DNA of 62,910 nt from a virus. Lineage: Duplodnaviria; Caudoviricetes. Every line of letters begins with the position of its first letter. The first letter of the stretch is position 1. The translations under genes and the position numbers were made by a program. This document shows, one piece after another, positions 7,911 to 17,794 of the stretch. The stretch lies in the IMG/VR virus record IMGVR_UViG_3300037522_000055, positions 1 through 62,910 of that record, one strand, 5' to 3'. Below the pieces are notes generated by a model. It saw only the letters and a list, made by a program, of their open reading frames with translations. It was not told where the DNA came from and did no database searches.

Positions 7911-8633
7911 TCAAAGAACCTCGATCCGTCGAGCTCGATACTTATCCCCCGCGCGCAGGACGTCTGATACACGGGCGCGGACTCGTACGAACGCCGAGTC
8001 GGTCGCCAGTCCATACTGCGCCTCGAGCCAATCCATTGAAGCGAGGTAGATGCCCGGATGACATGACGAGCCATCGTCCACGGAGAACACCGGGGCGACG
8101 TAGGTCTGACCGGGTTCGTACACGTTGTTGCCGACGTGCATGGATCTGGCAGTGCGCCAGGCGTAGACGTAGCCGTTTTTTACCTCGCCGAGTTCACTTA
8201 GGTTTTGATCGGGGATGATCGCCTCGGGATCCAGACACGTGCCTTGTAGGATCGCGCTTCGCAGGATCGCGCTTCGCAGGATCGCGCTTCGCAGGATCGC
8301 GCTTCGCAGGTTCGCGTCTTGTAGGATCGCGCCTACCAGGTTCGCGCCTCGCAGGTTCGCGTCTCGCAGGTTCGCGTCTCGCAGGTTCGCGTCTCGCAGG
8401 TACGCGCCTTCCAGGATCGCGCCTTGCAAGTCCGCGCCTTGTAGGTTCGCGCCTCGCAGGTCCGCGCCTTCCAGGATCGCGCCTTGCAAGTCCGCGCCTT
8501 GCAGGTTCGCGCCTTCCAGGTCCGCGCCTCGCAGGTACGCGCCTTGCAAGTCCGCGCCGTACAGGTTCGCGCCTTGTAGTAGCGCGCCTTGTAGTCGCGC
8601 GTCGGGTTCGATTGTATATCCGTTGATTTTCAC
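7911..8633 (-). CDS. Pentapeptide-repeat protein, type B C-terminal domain
   Basis: [10 protein letters not shown] plus repeats plus GTCLDPEAIIPDQ...CHPGIYL...GDKYRARRIEVL. Confidence 0.9.
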   Translation of the reverse strand: MKINGYTIEPDARLQGALLQGANLYGADLQGAYLRGADLEGANLQGADLQGAILEGADLRGANLQGADLQGAILEGAYLRDANLRDANLRDANLRGANLVGAILQDANLRSAILRSAILRSAILRSAILQGTCLDPEAIIPDQNLSELGEVKNGYVYAWRTARSMHVGNNVYEPGQTYVAPVFSVDDGSSCHPGIYLASMDWLEAQYGLATDSAFVRVRARVSDVLRAGDKYRARRIEVL

Positions 8634-8854
8634 GGCGACACCTTGTCAGCCGGGCACTCCCACGGCCGAACGCAAATTCCGTGGCAGCACACCGCGTTTG
8701 CGCCAGGGCCATAGGGACAGATAGGCGCGGTAAGACAGGTGAGAACCTCCGGCTCGGGCTCGACTTGCCCGGCATCAACACCGGGGGCAGTCGGGCCTCC
8801 TCCAGAGAAACAGGCCGACAGAAAAAGGGCGATGATTACGATTAGTGTTTTCAT
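8630..8854 (-). CDS. Small Cys-rich lipoprotein
   Basis: MKTLIVIIALFLSAC lipobox; Cys-rich C-terminus. Confidence 0.65.
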   Translation of the reverse strand: MKTLIVIIALFLSACFSGGGPTAPGVDAGQVEPEPEVLTCLTAPICPYGPGANAVCCHGICVRPWECPADKVSP

Positions 8855-9046
8855 ATTTTTATGTCCTTGCATGTTGTGTGCCAACGTGTAAACGATTGTA
8901 AAGACGTCGTCTCCGTGCCAACCTGTCACACAGGTGGCAACTCGAGTCGCCCGTCATTTACTAAATGCACCGACGCACGTCGCCATCCCCGCACCCGGCG
9001 CACTGTTGGCCAGGGTCGACAGATAGGATGTTGACCAGTGTATCCT

Positions 9047-9259
9047 TCACAAAAATCTCAACGGGCGAAATAGCAGTTCACTTGCTGCCACAGCGTTTCC
9101 GTTGATTTCAAATCCGATGCTGGTCGCACCTAGCTCCTCTAGGATTTTAGGTAGGTCATCTTTATGAATCACAGGCCCCACGGCCGCGAATAGGTCTGCG
9201 TTACCGCATATTCCGGCGACGATTAGTGCCGTTTGGTTTGTCTGCTTTTCGTACCACAT
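9047..9259 (-). CDS. Hypothetical protein
   Basis: ATG overlaps the stop of the upstream pentapeptide gene. Confidence 0.5.
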   Translation of the reverse strand: MWYEKQTNQTALIVAGICGNADLFAAVGPVIHKDDLPKILEELGATSIGFEINGNAVAASELLFRPLRFL

Positions 9260-9921
9260 CAGAGAACCTCGATCCGGCGAGCTCGATACTTATCCCCCGT
9301 GCGCAGGACGTCTGATACACGGGCGCGGACTCGTACGAACGCCGAGTCGGTCGCCAGTCCATACTGCTCCTCGAGCCAATCCATTGAAGCGAGGTAGATA
9401 CCCGGGTGACACGACGACATCTCATCCACGGAGAACACCGGGGCGACGTAGGTCTGACCGGGTTCGTACACGTTGTTGCCGACGTGCATGGATTTGGCAG
9501 TGCGCCAGGCGTAGACGTAGCCGTTTTTTACCTCGCCGAGTTCACTTAGGTTTTGATCGGGGATGATCGCCTCGGGATCCAGACACGTGCCTTCCAGGTC
9601 CGCGCTTCGCAGGATCGCGCTTCGCAGGATCGCGCCTCGCAGGTTCGCGCCTTCCAGGATCGCGCCTTGCAGGTTCGCGCCTTCCAGGATCGCGCCGTAC
9701 AGGTCCGCGCCTTCCAGGTCCGCGCGTCGCAGGTCCGCGCCTCGCAGGCTCGCGACTCGCAGGTCCGCGCGTCGCAGGTCCGCGCCTTGCAGGTTCGCGC
9801 CGTACAGGTACGCGCCTTGTAGGTTCGCGCCTTGCAGGTCCGCGTCTACCAGGTCCGCGCGTCGCAGGTTCGCGCCGTACAGGTTCGCGCCGGGTTCGAT
9901 CGTGTATCCGTTGGCTTTCAT
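9259..9921 (-). CDS. Pentapeptide-repeat protein, type B
   Basis: Start MKANGYTIEP at 9921; C-terminal domain nearly identical to 7911..8633. Confidence 0.9.
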   Translation of the reverse strand: MKANGYTIEPGANLYGANLRRADLVDADLQGANLQGAYLYGANLQGADLRRADLRVASLRGADLRRADLEGADLYGAILEGANLQGAILEGANLRGAILRSAILRSADLEGTCLDPEAIIPDQNLSELGEVKNGYVYAWRTAKSMHVGNNVYEPGQTYVAPVFSVDEMSSCHPGIYLASMDWLEEQYGLATDSAFVRVRARVSDVLRTGDKYRARRIEVL

Positions 9922-9934
9922 TTTCTTAGGTCCT

Positions 9935-9950
9935 TGCACGTCCCGTGCCA
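9935..9950 (-). promoter_or_regulatory. Sigma54-like -24/-12 element
   Basis: TGGCACGGGACGTGCA (GG-N10-GC); identical at 45671..45686, variant at 8868..8883. Confidence 0.5.
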
Positions 9951-10201
9951 GCGCAACAAATAAGTGTTTCCCGACACATACGTGTACGCCCCGTGACAAC
10001 CTGTCACGACGGTGGCTACTACAGTATCCGCTAGCACGCGGCCCAGGGGGATATCGGATGAATATAGATCACGACAGCTCCTTGCGCGTTTGTTTGCAGA
10101 TGCGACTCGCGAACCGACGACGCGGCGCCGGGCGACGACGCGTAGAGCCCGATGAGTTCTGCCAAGAATGCGGGCATATGCGACATGATACTATCAACCA
10201 A

Positions 10202-10456
10202 ATGCCCGCGGTGACCATTAAAATCAGCGATTCTGGCGGCGAGGTACGTATGACCATCGATATGGACAAAGCATACGCGCAGTCGAAGTCGCCCACCGAC
10301 CTAACGCCCGCGCAGCAAGTAGGTCTCCTGGTCGCGGACTACGCCCGGCGGTTGATGGAAGGCGGCGCGTCGGAACATCGAACACGCCAGTTCGACCACG
10401 ACGGGCGCGAAGTGCTCATCCCGAAGCCGCCAACAGGATTTGATGTTGATTGGTGA
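10202..10456 (+). CDS. Hypothetical protein
   Basis: MPAVTIKISDSGG..., natural-looking 3' end of a longer shadow ORF. Confidence 0.5.
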   Translation: MPAVTIKISDSGGEVRMTIDMDKAYAQSKSPTDLTPAQQVGLLVADYARRLMEGGASEHRTRQFDHDGREVLIPKPPTGFDVDW

Positions 10457-10826
10457 CCCTGTCTTTTTCGTCCTCGCGGGCGTCGTGACGACAGCGGGTT
10501 TGGCGGCCATTTACCTAGTGCCGCGACACAACGATTGTGTGGCCACTTGGTTTTGGTTCATACTGACGTTGGTTGTGTTATCGTTCTGGGCCGCGTGGGC
10601 GAGGACGATTTGAGCGCTGTTGTGGCGGCGCCCCGCAAGGCGCCCGCGCCCTCGTGGTGGCACCGGCACCGATGGTCCTTGTGGATGCCTGAGAGTAATA
10701 GATGGTACGCGCGGGCGTGCTCGCTGTGCTCTAGGCGGCAGATTCGTAGGTGGTATACGGCAAAAGGCCGATGGACTCGGGCTGTCGAAGTCGAGGTCCC
10801 AGCGGGACGCGTGCTATTCTAGCTAG

Positions 10827-13571
10827 ATGCGAGATTTTTCCGCGGAGCTAGAAGCTGCACTACGTGTGGGGCCGCCCCCGGCGGCCGGTCCGGCACCGTC
10901 ACGGGCTCCGGCGCCTTCGGCGCCGTCGCTTGAGCCAACCCTAGACGACGTCGCTCGGCAGTTTGGGGTCCCAAAAGAAGAGCTTCAACGTCGTGTTCAC
11001 GCCGAGAGGCTGCGGCGATCGTTCGCTCTGTTTTTTCGCGAGTCGTGGCCCGTGCTCGAGCCGTCGACGCCGCTGTCGTGGAACTGGCACATCGAAAGAG
11101 TGTGTGAACACATCCAGCACCTCATCGAAGATCACATCAAGAAGAAGGCCGACCCTAACTATGTAATGGAGTACAGCAACTCCGTAATCAACGTGCCGCC
11201 GGGGACGGCCAAGAGCCGTATGTTGATGGTCGCGGCGCCGGCCTGGGCGTGGGAGAACTGGCCAGGGCTGAAGTTCCTTTGTCTGTCGGGCAACCCCAGC
11301 AACGTGACTCGTGACGCCGCGTTCTGCCGAGACCTCGTACAAAGCAATTGGTATCAGGAAACATTCCGTCCCGACTGGGAGCTTCGCGAAGATCAAAACG
11401 CCGTCACGCGATACACAAACACAAAGGGCGGCGAGCGCATCTCGAAGGGCATCACTGCCAAATTGACCGGGGATCGGGGTGACTGTGTCGCAGGGGAGAC
11501 GTTAATCGCCACTGAGCTAGGCGACGTTCCTATTGAGGCACTGCACTCGATGACGAGTCCGCCCAGAGTATGGTCTTTCAATCACGAAACTAATGAGTGC
11601 GAGTTGCGGCGGATTGTTGCGTCCAGACGAATTACGCGTAGCGGGATAGTAGATGTTTGTACATCCGCCGGTAATACGTTAAGATGTACGAATGACCACA
11701 AAATCCACGGCGAAAAAGGATATACAAAAGCAGCGTGTATCGCCGGGTGCGAAGTGTCCGTCATGCGGCGGCGCGACGAGCCTTCGAATCGGGAAGCCTA
11801 TTCGGTGCAACAACTGCTCAATAGCAACCCTTACATGCGCAACATGCGGCAAGGACTTTCAGAGAGAGGCGGCAGAGGAAGCGAAGCGTTTAAGACGCGG
11901 AGCGAAGAGCGGTCCTTTTTGCAGTACGAAATGCAAGAGGCCGTCGCACAATCCCAGCCCGATTATATTGAGCTGCGAGAGCTGCGGGAAGAACTTTCGG
12001 CCGCGCTCAAAAAAGAAAACAAGGCGTACCTGTTCGACAGTTTGTCGAGACAAACTGGCTGTAAAGTCTCGCTCTCGCAAGACGCTACCAGACAGAGCGT
12101 GCGACTTTTGCCTTGTGATGATGCGAGTAAGTTCCAAGCGTCGGCGATATTGCAGCAAGACGTGCCAGAACCGAGCGCACTCAAAGCGAATGGAAGGCAA
12201 GGGGAACTCACACTACAAGAAGGCGTCGAGCCGATATGGTCTGGCCTATCAGATGGCTCCGCTGATTCGAGAACGCGACGGATGGCGATGTACAACATGC
12301 GGAGCAACACGCGGCGGAAGAGCGCTGACGGTACACCATATAAATCACAAACCGGTCGACAACCGATCGGAAAATCTGATTACGCTGTGCGATGCATGTC
12401 ATATGACACACCACAAATCGAAGGAACCGCCGTTCTGTCTTCTGACGAAACGTCTGCAAGCCGACGCGGCGAGAAGATCGCGGTCTATGACATCCAAGTT
12501 GAAAAAAACCATAACTTCTTTGCTGGCGGACTACTCGTCCACAACTGCATCCTCTTAGACGATCCCAACGACGTCAAAGAAGCCGACTCGGAAAATATCC
12601 GAAAGGGAATCAACTCCGACTGGGACAGCTCGATTTACAACCGTGTAAATCACTACGCCGCCGCGGTGCGTATGATCATCCAGCAGCGCGTTCACGAAGA
12701 GGACTTCTCCGGGCACGTGCTAGGTAAAGGTAACTGGGTTCACTTCAAGCTTCCGCTCGAGTACGAGACGAAGCAGTTATGTGAGTGCCACTCGTGCAAG
12801 TCGGGAATCCTCGGCGACTACGACGAGCGCACCGAAGAGGGACAAGTCCTGCACCCAGATCGCTTCACCGACGAAGTTATCGAAGATTTGAAAATCACAC
12901 TTGGCGAAGAAGGGTACGCGGGGCAGTGTCAGCAAAATCCAGATCCCGCGTCCGGCGGAAAGTTCAAGTGGACGTACTGGCGCTTCTGGAAAAAGGACGG
13001 CGACCCTGATATCGGCGCGAGGCCGGAGCGTTGTTACAGCGGCGGAGCACGGATACTTCCCGAGGAGTTCGATGACATCATCATGTCGACGGACTGCGCG
13101 TTCCGAGGCAAAGCGAAGAACGATCGCGTCGCCACGTTTGCCATCGCCAGAAAGGGCGCCGATCGCTTCATCTTAGATCGTGACTGCGACAACATGGACT
13201 TCGGCGAGACGAAAGACTCAATTCGTCACATGTCGAAGCGCGTGCCGCGCGCCGGCGCAAAACTGGTTGAGGGGAAGGCAAACGGTGACGCCGTCGTCAA
13301 CGATCTTCGAAACGAGATTACAGGGATGATTATCCGAGACCCTAAAGGCGGTAAGGAGTCCCGCGCTTCGATACTCAAACCCGTCGTGCAGGCGGGCAAC
13401 TACTACTTGCCCGACGGCGCCCCTTGGCTGGATGATTTCTGCCATGAGTTCGCGCGCTTTCCGCGAGGTAAGTTCGACGATCAGATCGACGCCGTATCAC
13501 AGGCCGAGGCGTATTTCCAGGAAGAGGTCGAGGACGAGTTGTTCGTTGCAGGGTCGCTGTATACGCGGTAG
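10827..13571 (+). CDS. terL: Terminase large subunit, intein-containing
   Basis: Walker A INVPPGTAKS, LTGDRGD/CILLDDP Walker B after splicing, IIQQRVHEEDFSG, nuclease motifs STDCAF, VEGKANG, FPRGKFDDQIDA. Confidence 0.95.
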   Translation: MRDFSAELEAALRVGPPPAAGPAPSRAPAPSAPSLEPTLDDVARQFGVPKEELQRRVHAERLRRSFALFFRESWPVLEPSTPLSWNWHIERVCEHIQHLIEDHIKKKADPNYVMEYSNSVINVPPGTAKSRMLMVAAPAWAWENWPGLKFLCLSGNPSNVTRDAAFCRDLVQSNWYQETFRPDWELREDQNAVTRYTNTKGGERISKGITAKLTGDRGDCVAGETLIATELGDVPIEALHSMTSPPRVWSFNHETNECELRRIVASRRITRSGIVDVCTSAGNTLRCTNDHKIHGEKGYTKAACIAGCEVSVMRRRDEPSNREAYSVQQLLNSNPYMRNMRQGLSERGGRGSEAFKTRSEERSFLQYEMQEAVAQSQPDYIELRELREELSAALKKENKAYLFDSLSRQTGCKVSLSQDATRQSVRLLPCDDASKFQASAILQQDVPEPSALKANGRQGELTLQEGVEPIWSGLSDGSADSRTRRMAMYNMRSNTRRKSADGTPYKSQTGRQPIGKSDYAVRCMSYDTPQIEGTAVLSSDETSASRRGEKIAVYDIQVEKNHNFFAGGLLVHNCILLDDPNDVKEADSENIRKGINSDWDSSIYNRVNHYAAAVRMIIQQRVHEEDFSGHVLGKGNWVHFKLPLEYETKQLCECHSCKSGILGDYDERTEEGQVLHPDRFTDEVIEDLKITLGEEGYAGQCQQNPDPASGGKFKWTYWRFWKKDGDPDIGARPERCYSGGARILPEEFDDIIMSTDCAFRGKAKNDRVATFAIARKGADRFILDRDCDNMDFGETKDSIRHMSKRVPRAGAKLVEGKANGDAVVNDLRNEITGMIIRDPKGGKESRASILKPVVQAGNYYLPDGAPWLDDFCHEFARFPRGKFDDQIDAVSQAEAYFQEEVEDELFVAGSLYTR
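11484..12545 (+). mobile_element. Intein in TerL (354 aa)
   Basis: Block A CVAGETLI, block B LRCTNDHKI, blocks F/G VYDIQVEKNHNFFAGGLLVHN followed by extein Cys. Confidence 0.93.
11692..12558 (+). CDS. HNH homing endonuclease with Zn-finger repeats, in the +1 frame inside the intein
   Basis: RERDGWRCTTCG...LTVHHINHKPVDNRSENLITLCDACHMTHH; several CxxC...CSxxC repeats. Confidence 0.85.
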   Translation: MTTKSTAKKDIQKQRVSPGAKCPSCGGATSLRIGKPIRCNNCSIATLTCATCGKDFQREAAEEAKRLRRGAKSGPFCSTKCKRPSHNPSPIILSCESCGKNFRPRSKKKTRRTCSTVCRDKLAVKSRSRKTLPDRACDFCLVMMRVSSKRRRYCSKTCQNRAHSKRMEGKGNSHYKKASSRYGLAYQMAPLIRERDGWRCTTCGATRGGRALTVHHINHKPVDNRSENLITLCDACHMTHHKSKEPPFCLLTKRLQADAARRSRSMTSKLKKTITSLLADYSSTTASS

Positions 13572-13631
13572 TATTGGCCTAGCGGCGCGCGGAGCCAGCC
13601 GCGACCATCGGGGGTGCTATACTCCGATGAT

Positions 13632-15041
13632 ATGGGCCTCCTAGATTTGTTCAGGAGCAAACCGAAGCCCGACGCGGTTGTCGGTTTGCCCGGGTATACG
13701 ATTCACGGCGGTCTGTTGACTGAGCGTGAGAAGGCGGCTGCGCTCAGTGGGACTCAGAAGTACAAGACCTACACGGACCTGATTCAAAGTACGTCCGCGG
13801 TTGCCGCAGGCGTGCGCGCGTACCTTGACTTCGTGGGGCATCCTAACTGGCGAATCGCGTCGGCTAACGACTCGCCGGAGGCAAAGCGCTACGCAGAAGT
13901 CGTAGAGAAGGCGATCCACGACTGTAATCGATCGTGGCGAAGAGTTGTCAAGCGAAGCGCGACCTACGTGCTTTATGGCTTCGACATCCAAGAAATCACG
14001 ATGCGTAAAAACGACGACGGAGTCACCGTCGTCAGCGCCGTCGATCCGAGACCGCAACACACAATCGAGTTGTGGGATGTCAATAAGAACGGCGAAGTCG
14101 TCGGCGTCCTACAGACGACGCCGGACGGAGAGCGTTCATACCTTCCGATATGGAAGTGCGCGTACGCGTCCGACGACTCGCTTACCGACAGCCCCGAAGG
14201 GCTAGGCTTGCTTCGTCAAGTCGTCGCCGCGTCTAAGCGGTTGTCGCGGCTCGAGCAACTCGAAGCGTTCGGTTACGAAACAGACCTTCGAGGAATCCCG
14301 ATTGGCCGCGCGCCCCTGAGCGCCCTGGCCGACATGGTCGCAAAAGGCAAGCTCAAGAAGAGTGAGGCGGACAAAATCACCGCCCCTCTGAAGGACTTCT
14401 TAGAGAACCACGTTAAGACGCCGTCGCTCGCGCTGTTGCTCGACTCGATGGTCTACAAGTCGACGGGGACGGCTCAAATTCCGTCCAACGTGTATCGCGA
14501 GTCGATTGAACTTCTTCAGGGGGACGGCGTCGGGCTCGCCGAGGTGTCGGCCGCGATCCTTCGACTCAACCACGAGATCGCCCGCGTGCTCGGAGTGGAG
14601 CATATCCTTCTCGGCCAAGACCGCGGCACACAATCCCTGAGCGCCGACAAGACCGATACGTTCCGTATGCGCATCGAGGGAATCCTGACCGAGTTGTCCT
14701 GGGTGTATCAGCAAAAAATCGTCATCCCGATGGCAGTCGCGAACGGCTGGCCGGTCGATTTGATTCCGACAATCAAGCACGATCCGATTCGCCAGGCTCA
14801 TCTCGACGAGCTCGCCAAAGTGCTCGAGTCCCTCGCGCGATCCGGCGCCCCGTTGGATCCAGACGACCCGGTCATCAACGCGATTCGCGACATTGCCAGA
14901 TTGCCCCGCGCGCCTGAGATTAACCGCATGGCCGACGTGTCACTACTGGGGACGACTCCGGCGCCGCCGCGCGGCACGTCGACGAATCCGGCCGACGAAC
15001 AAGGGCGCAACAACTCGGTGGACCCGGACGAGGATAAGTAG
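13632..15041 (+). CDS. Portal protein (DUF935-like)
   Basis: Follows TerL; YGFDIQEI and DSPEGLGLLR motifs; about 470 aa. Confidence 0.85.
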   Translation: MGLLDLFRSKPKPDAVVGLPGYTIHGGLLTEREKAAALSGTQKYKTYTDLIQSTSAVAAGVRAYLDFVGHPNWRIASANDSPEAKRYAEVVEKAIHDCNRSWRRVVKRSATYVLYGFDIQEITMRKNDDGVTVVSAVDPRPQHTIELWDVNKNGEVVGVLQTTPDGERSYLPIWKCAYASDDSLTDSPEGLGLLRQVVAASKRLSRLEQLEAFGYETDLRGIPIGRAPLSALADMVAKGKLKKSEADKITAPLKDFLENHVKTPSLALLLDSMVYKSTGTAQIPSNVYRESIELLQGDGVGLAEVSAAILRLNHEIARVLGVEHILLGQDRGTQSLSADKTDTFRMRIEGILTELSWVYQQKIVIPMAVANGWPVDLIPTIKHDPIRQAHLDELAKVLESLARSGAPLDPDDPVINAIRDIARLPRAPEINRMADVSLLGTTPAPPRGTSTNPADEQGRNNSVDPDEDK

Positions 15042-15632
15042 ATGGCGTTCACAGTATTCGGCAGTCCTGGAGCAAACTCGTACGCGGCCGTTGCCTCCGC
15101 GGACACCTACCTCGGTGATCGTTACGGTTATTCAACGTGGACCGCGCTGACTGTGACGGCGAAACAGCAAATTCTTGTCACAGTGACGACGATTTTAGAG
15201 ACGATGAACTGGGACGGCACCATCGTCAGCGCCACGCAAGACCTGTCGTTCCCGCGCACGGGGCTGGTTGATCGAAAGGGCGCGACCATCTCCGACAGTG
15301 TCGTTCCGCCAGAGGTGTTGAGCGCGCTGTACCTTGGTGCGGGCGAGCTCGCCGCGACTCGCTGGGATCTCACAGGTGTCAAGCAGAGTGTTACTTCTGT
15401 GTCCGACGGTACGGTGTCCGTCGCGTTCGGAGGCGGGCTGATTGACGTTCCCGGTATCGATCACGGAATCCCCCGAGTGATGTACGATCAGATTGCGCAT
15501 TTGCTGGCCGGCAGTCAGAACGGTATGCGCGCCGGGGCCGCGTACGGCACGAAGGACTCCGACGGTGACACAGTCGAGTCGTCGTTCCCGGAGACGGACC
15601 TGGAAGCCTACGGCACGCACGAGCCGCTATAG
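15042..15632 (+). CDS. Head-tail adaptor (DnaT-like family)
   Basis: GANSYAAVASADTYL and QDLSFPR motifs. Confidence 0.7.
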   Translation: MAFTVFGSPGANSYAAVASADTYLGDRYGYSTWTALTVTAKQQILVTVTTILETMNWDGTIVSATQDLSFPRTGLVDRKGATISDSVVPPEVLSALYLGAGELAATRWDLTGVKQSVTSVSDGTVSVAFGGGLIDVPGIDHGIPRVMYDQIAHLLAGSQNGMRAGAAYGTKDSDGDTVESSFPETDLEAYGTHEPL

Positions 15633-15642
15633 GAGGCGCAAC

Positions 15643-16230
15643 ATGGACGGCGCAGGTAAGGTCTTTTGTATCGGCTTGCCGCGGACGGGAACGACGAGTT
15701 TTCGTGTCGCGTGCGAGCGATTTGGACTACGTGTGATGGGCGACCCACTAGGGAAAGACGTCCACGACTCGCTGCTAGATTCCGGTCGGCTTCCCGACGA
15801 CCGATATCACTCGGCCGATGTGTTCGCAGACGTGCTGATCTCCGCGTACTGGGTGGAGCTATCGCGCGCGTACCCCCGAGCCCGTTTCGTGCTGACTATG
15901 AGGCGACCGTTCGACTGGGCCGAGTCGATGAGGGATCGCTTCACCAAGCGTGAAGTCGACTACACAGCTTGGCTTCCTCAAGATCGCGCGGCATATATCG
16001 CGGCCATATCGGCCCTTGCAGGGCGCGGAGACTGGGTACAACCAGAGCATGCGTTGCGACACGTGGAAGAGGTGCGCGCCCAACTACTAGGACGGCAACA
16101 CGAAATTCAGCTAGAGCACATGGCCGCGGCAGAGGACGTGACCGCCACTCTATGCTACTTACTCGGGCGTAAACGAACGCACGCGACGCCACAAGTCATG
16201 TGGCCTCACTGCAACGCGAGGAAAGCATAG
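15643..16230 (+). CDS. Sulfotransferase-family P-loop protein
   Basis: KVFCIGLPRTGTTS, YPRARFVLTMR, WAESM; RBS AGGAGG. Confidence 0.75.
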   Translation: MDGAGKVFCIGLPRTGTTSFRVACERFGLRVMGDPLGKDVHDSLLDSGRLPDDRYHSADVFADVLISAYWVELSRAYPRARFVLTMRRPFDWAESMRDRFTKREVDYTAWLPQDRAAYIAAISALAGRGDWVQPEHALRHVEEVRAQLLGRQHEIQLEHMAAAEDVTATLCYLLGRKRTHATPQVMWPHCNARKA

Positions 16231-16595
16231 TGGCCTGGTTCGGCATCGATTTGCCCGGCATCGTCGGCGACGTGCTGGACGAGGTCGCTAAGGACGCAAC
16301 GTTGATTGTGGTTACGCTTGGCGCGCGTAAAGCAACAAGCACGGCGGGGCTCACCATTACCAAAACGAACGTGGCCTGTCGCGGATATATCGCCGACTTC
16401 GAAGAACATCAAATCGACGGCGCCCTCGTGACTCGTCAAGACCGCCTCGTGGTTCTGTTTGCTTCGTCGCTTGGTACAACCGTCCCGAAAGAGCGGGATG
16501 AGGTGACTATCGAGGGGGACACGTACAAAATTCACAGAGTGACGCGGGACCCGGCAAGCGCCGAGTATCAACTCACGGTGCGCCTCGGTGGCTAG
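16230..16595 (+). CDS. Head closure / head-tail joining protein
   Basis: IDGALVTRQDRLVVL and DPASAEYQLTVR motifs; position. Confidence 0.65.
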   Translation: MAWFGIDLPGIVGDVLDEVAKDATLIVVTLGARKATSTAGLTITKTNVACRGYIADFEEHQIDGALVTRQDRLVVLFASSLGTTVPKERDEVTIEGDTYKIHRVTRDPASAEYQLTVRLGG

Positions 16596-17529
16596 CGATC
16601 TCGACGTTTCGGTGATCATGGCTCGGCTCGAGCCTCGCTTCCGCCGGGTGTTTTTGGAGATTGTCAAAAGAATCCAAAACGACTATGAGGTCGAGCGCCT
16701 TGTTCGGTTGATTGAGACCGGCCGAATGCACGAGTTCGAAGCCGGGTTGGAGCGTTACGCGGTCGAGCTCGGCAATCAAATCGTCGCCGGCTACACGCTA
16801 AGCGCGAAAGCCGCGTCGGAGCTTGTCGGCGTGTCGTTCAACGGTGTTAACATCCGAGCCGTCGCCGAGATGCAAGCGATGCGACACCGCGTTATACGCG
16901 AACTTGTTGGATCACAGATAGAGGCTGTTCGCCAGACGATGAATCGTGGTGTCTCGGCTGGTTTGAACCCTGTCGAGATCGCGCGCGAAGTACGTCGATC
17001 GATCGGTCTGACGGCGAGACAAGAGCAGTGGGTTCAGAACTATCGACAGTTACTCGAGGCGGGCGAATCCGACGCGCTGCGACGGCAGTTGAGAGATCGC
17101 CGATTCGATCGCAGCGTAAGGCGATCGACTGCGCTCACGCCCGATGAAATCGAGCGAATGGTGCAGCGCTATCGAGAGCGCGCTATCGCTTACCGGGCGC
17201 GAGTCATCGCGCGCACAGAGGCGCTGTCGGCGGCGCACGGCGGGACCTATCAGATGTGGAATCAGGCCGTGTCCGACGGCGTAATCGACTCGCGTCTAAT
17301 TGTGCAGCGTTGGGTGACGAGCGGACTGCCGAATCGTCGAGACAGTCATATCACGATGCACGGACAGCGACGGCCGTTCGGTGTCGCGTTCACGTCAGGT
17401 GCCGGCGTTAGCCTGCGATACCCGGGCGACCTCGCCGCGCCGCTCTCCGAGACCGCACAATGCGCGTGCGCGTTCACGGTACGCATTGCGCCGTCTATCG
17501 AAGTCGCGCAGCAAATGCTAGCGGCGTAA
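16588..17529 (+). CDS. Head morphogenesis (Mu gpF-like) protein
   Basis: RARVIARTE, RRDSH, LRYPGD...CAC motifs. Confidence 0.8.
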   Translation: MASDLDVSVIMARLEPRFRRVFLEIVKRIQNDYEVERLVRLIETGRMHEFEAGLERYAVELGNQIVAGYTLSAKAASELVGVSFNGVNIRAVAEMQAMRHRVIRELVGSQIEAVRQTMNRGVSAGLNPVEIAREVRRSIGLTARQEQWVQNYRQLLEAGESDALRRQLRDRRFDRSVRRSTALTPDEIERMVQRYRERAIAYRARVIARTEALSAAHGGTYQMWNQAVSDGVIDSRLIVQRWVTSGLPNRRDSHITMHGQRRPFGVAFTSGAGVSLRYPGDLAAPLSETAQCACAFTVRIAPSIEVAQQMLAA

Positions 17530-17794
17530 AAAAGCCCGGCGTGCTTGCGGACACCGGGCGGTTCAAGCTGCACCCCCGTAGGGAAACGCGCGCCCCGGCC
17601 GCCGGGGAAAGGACCAGTAAACCCGACGACCGGGGGCAGCGTGGTCGCATACAAGCGACCTGCAAGACCAGTATAACGTAAAAAGTTCAAGATAGGTCTA
17701 ACAACCGACATGTAAAAAGTGAAGTTAAATTCACCTTTTCGTAAGTCGTCAAAAACTTAAGTGTGGGGGCTGTGGACCCGGGGCCTTGCACCCC

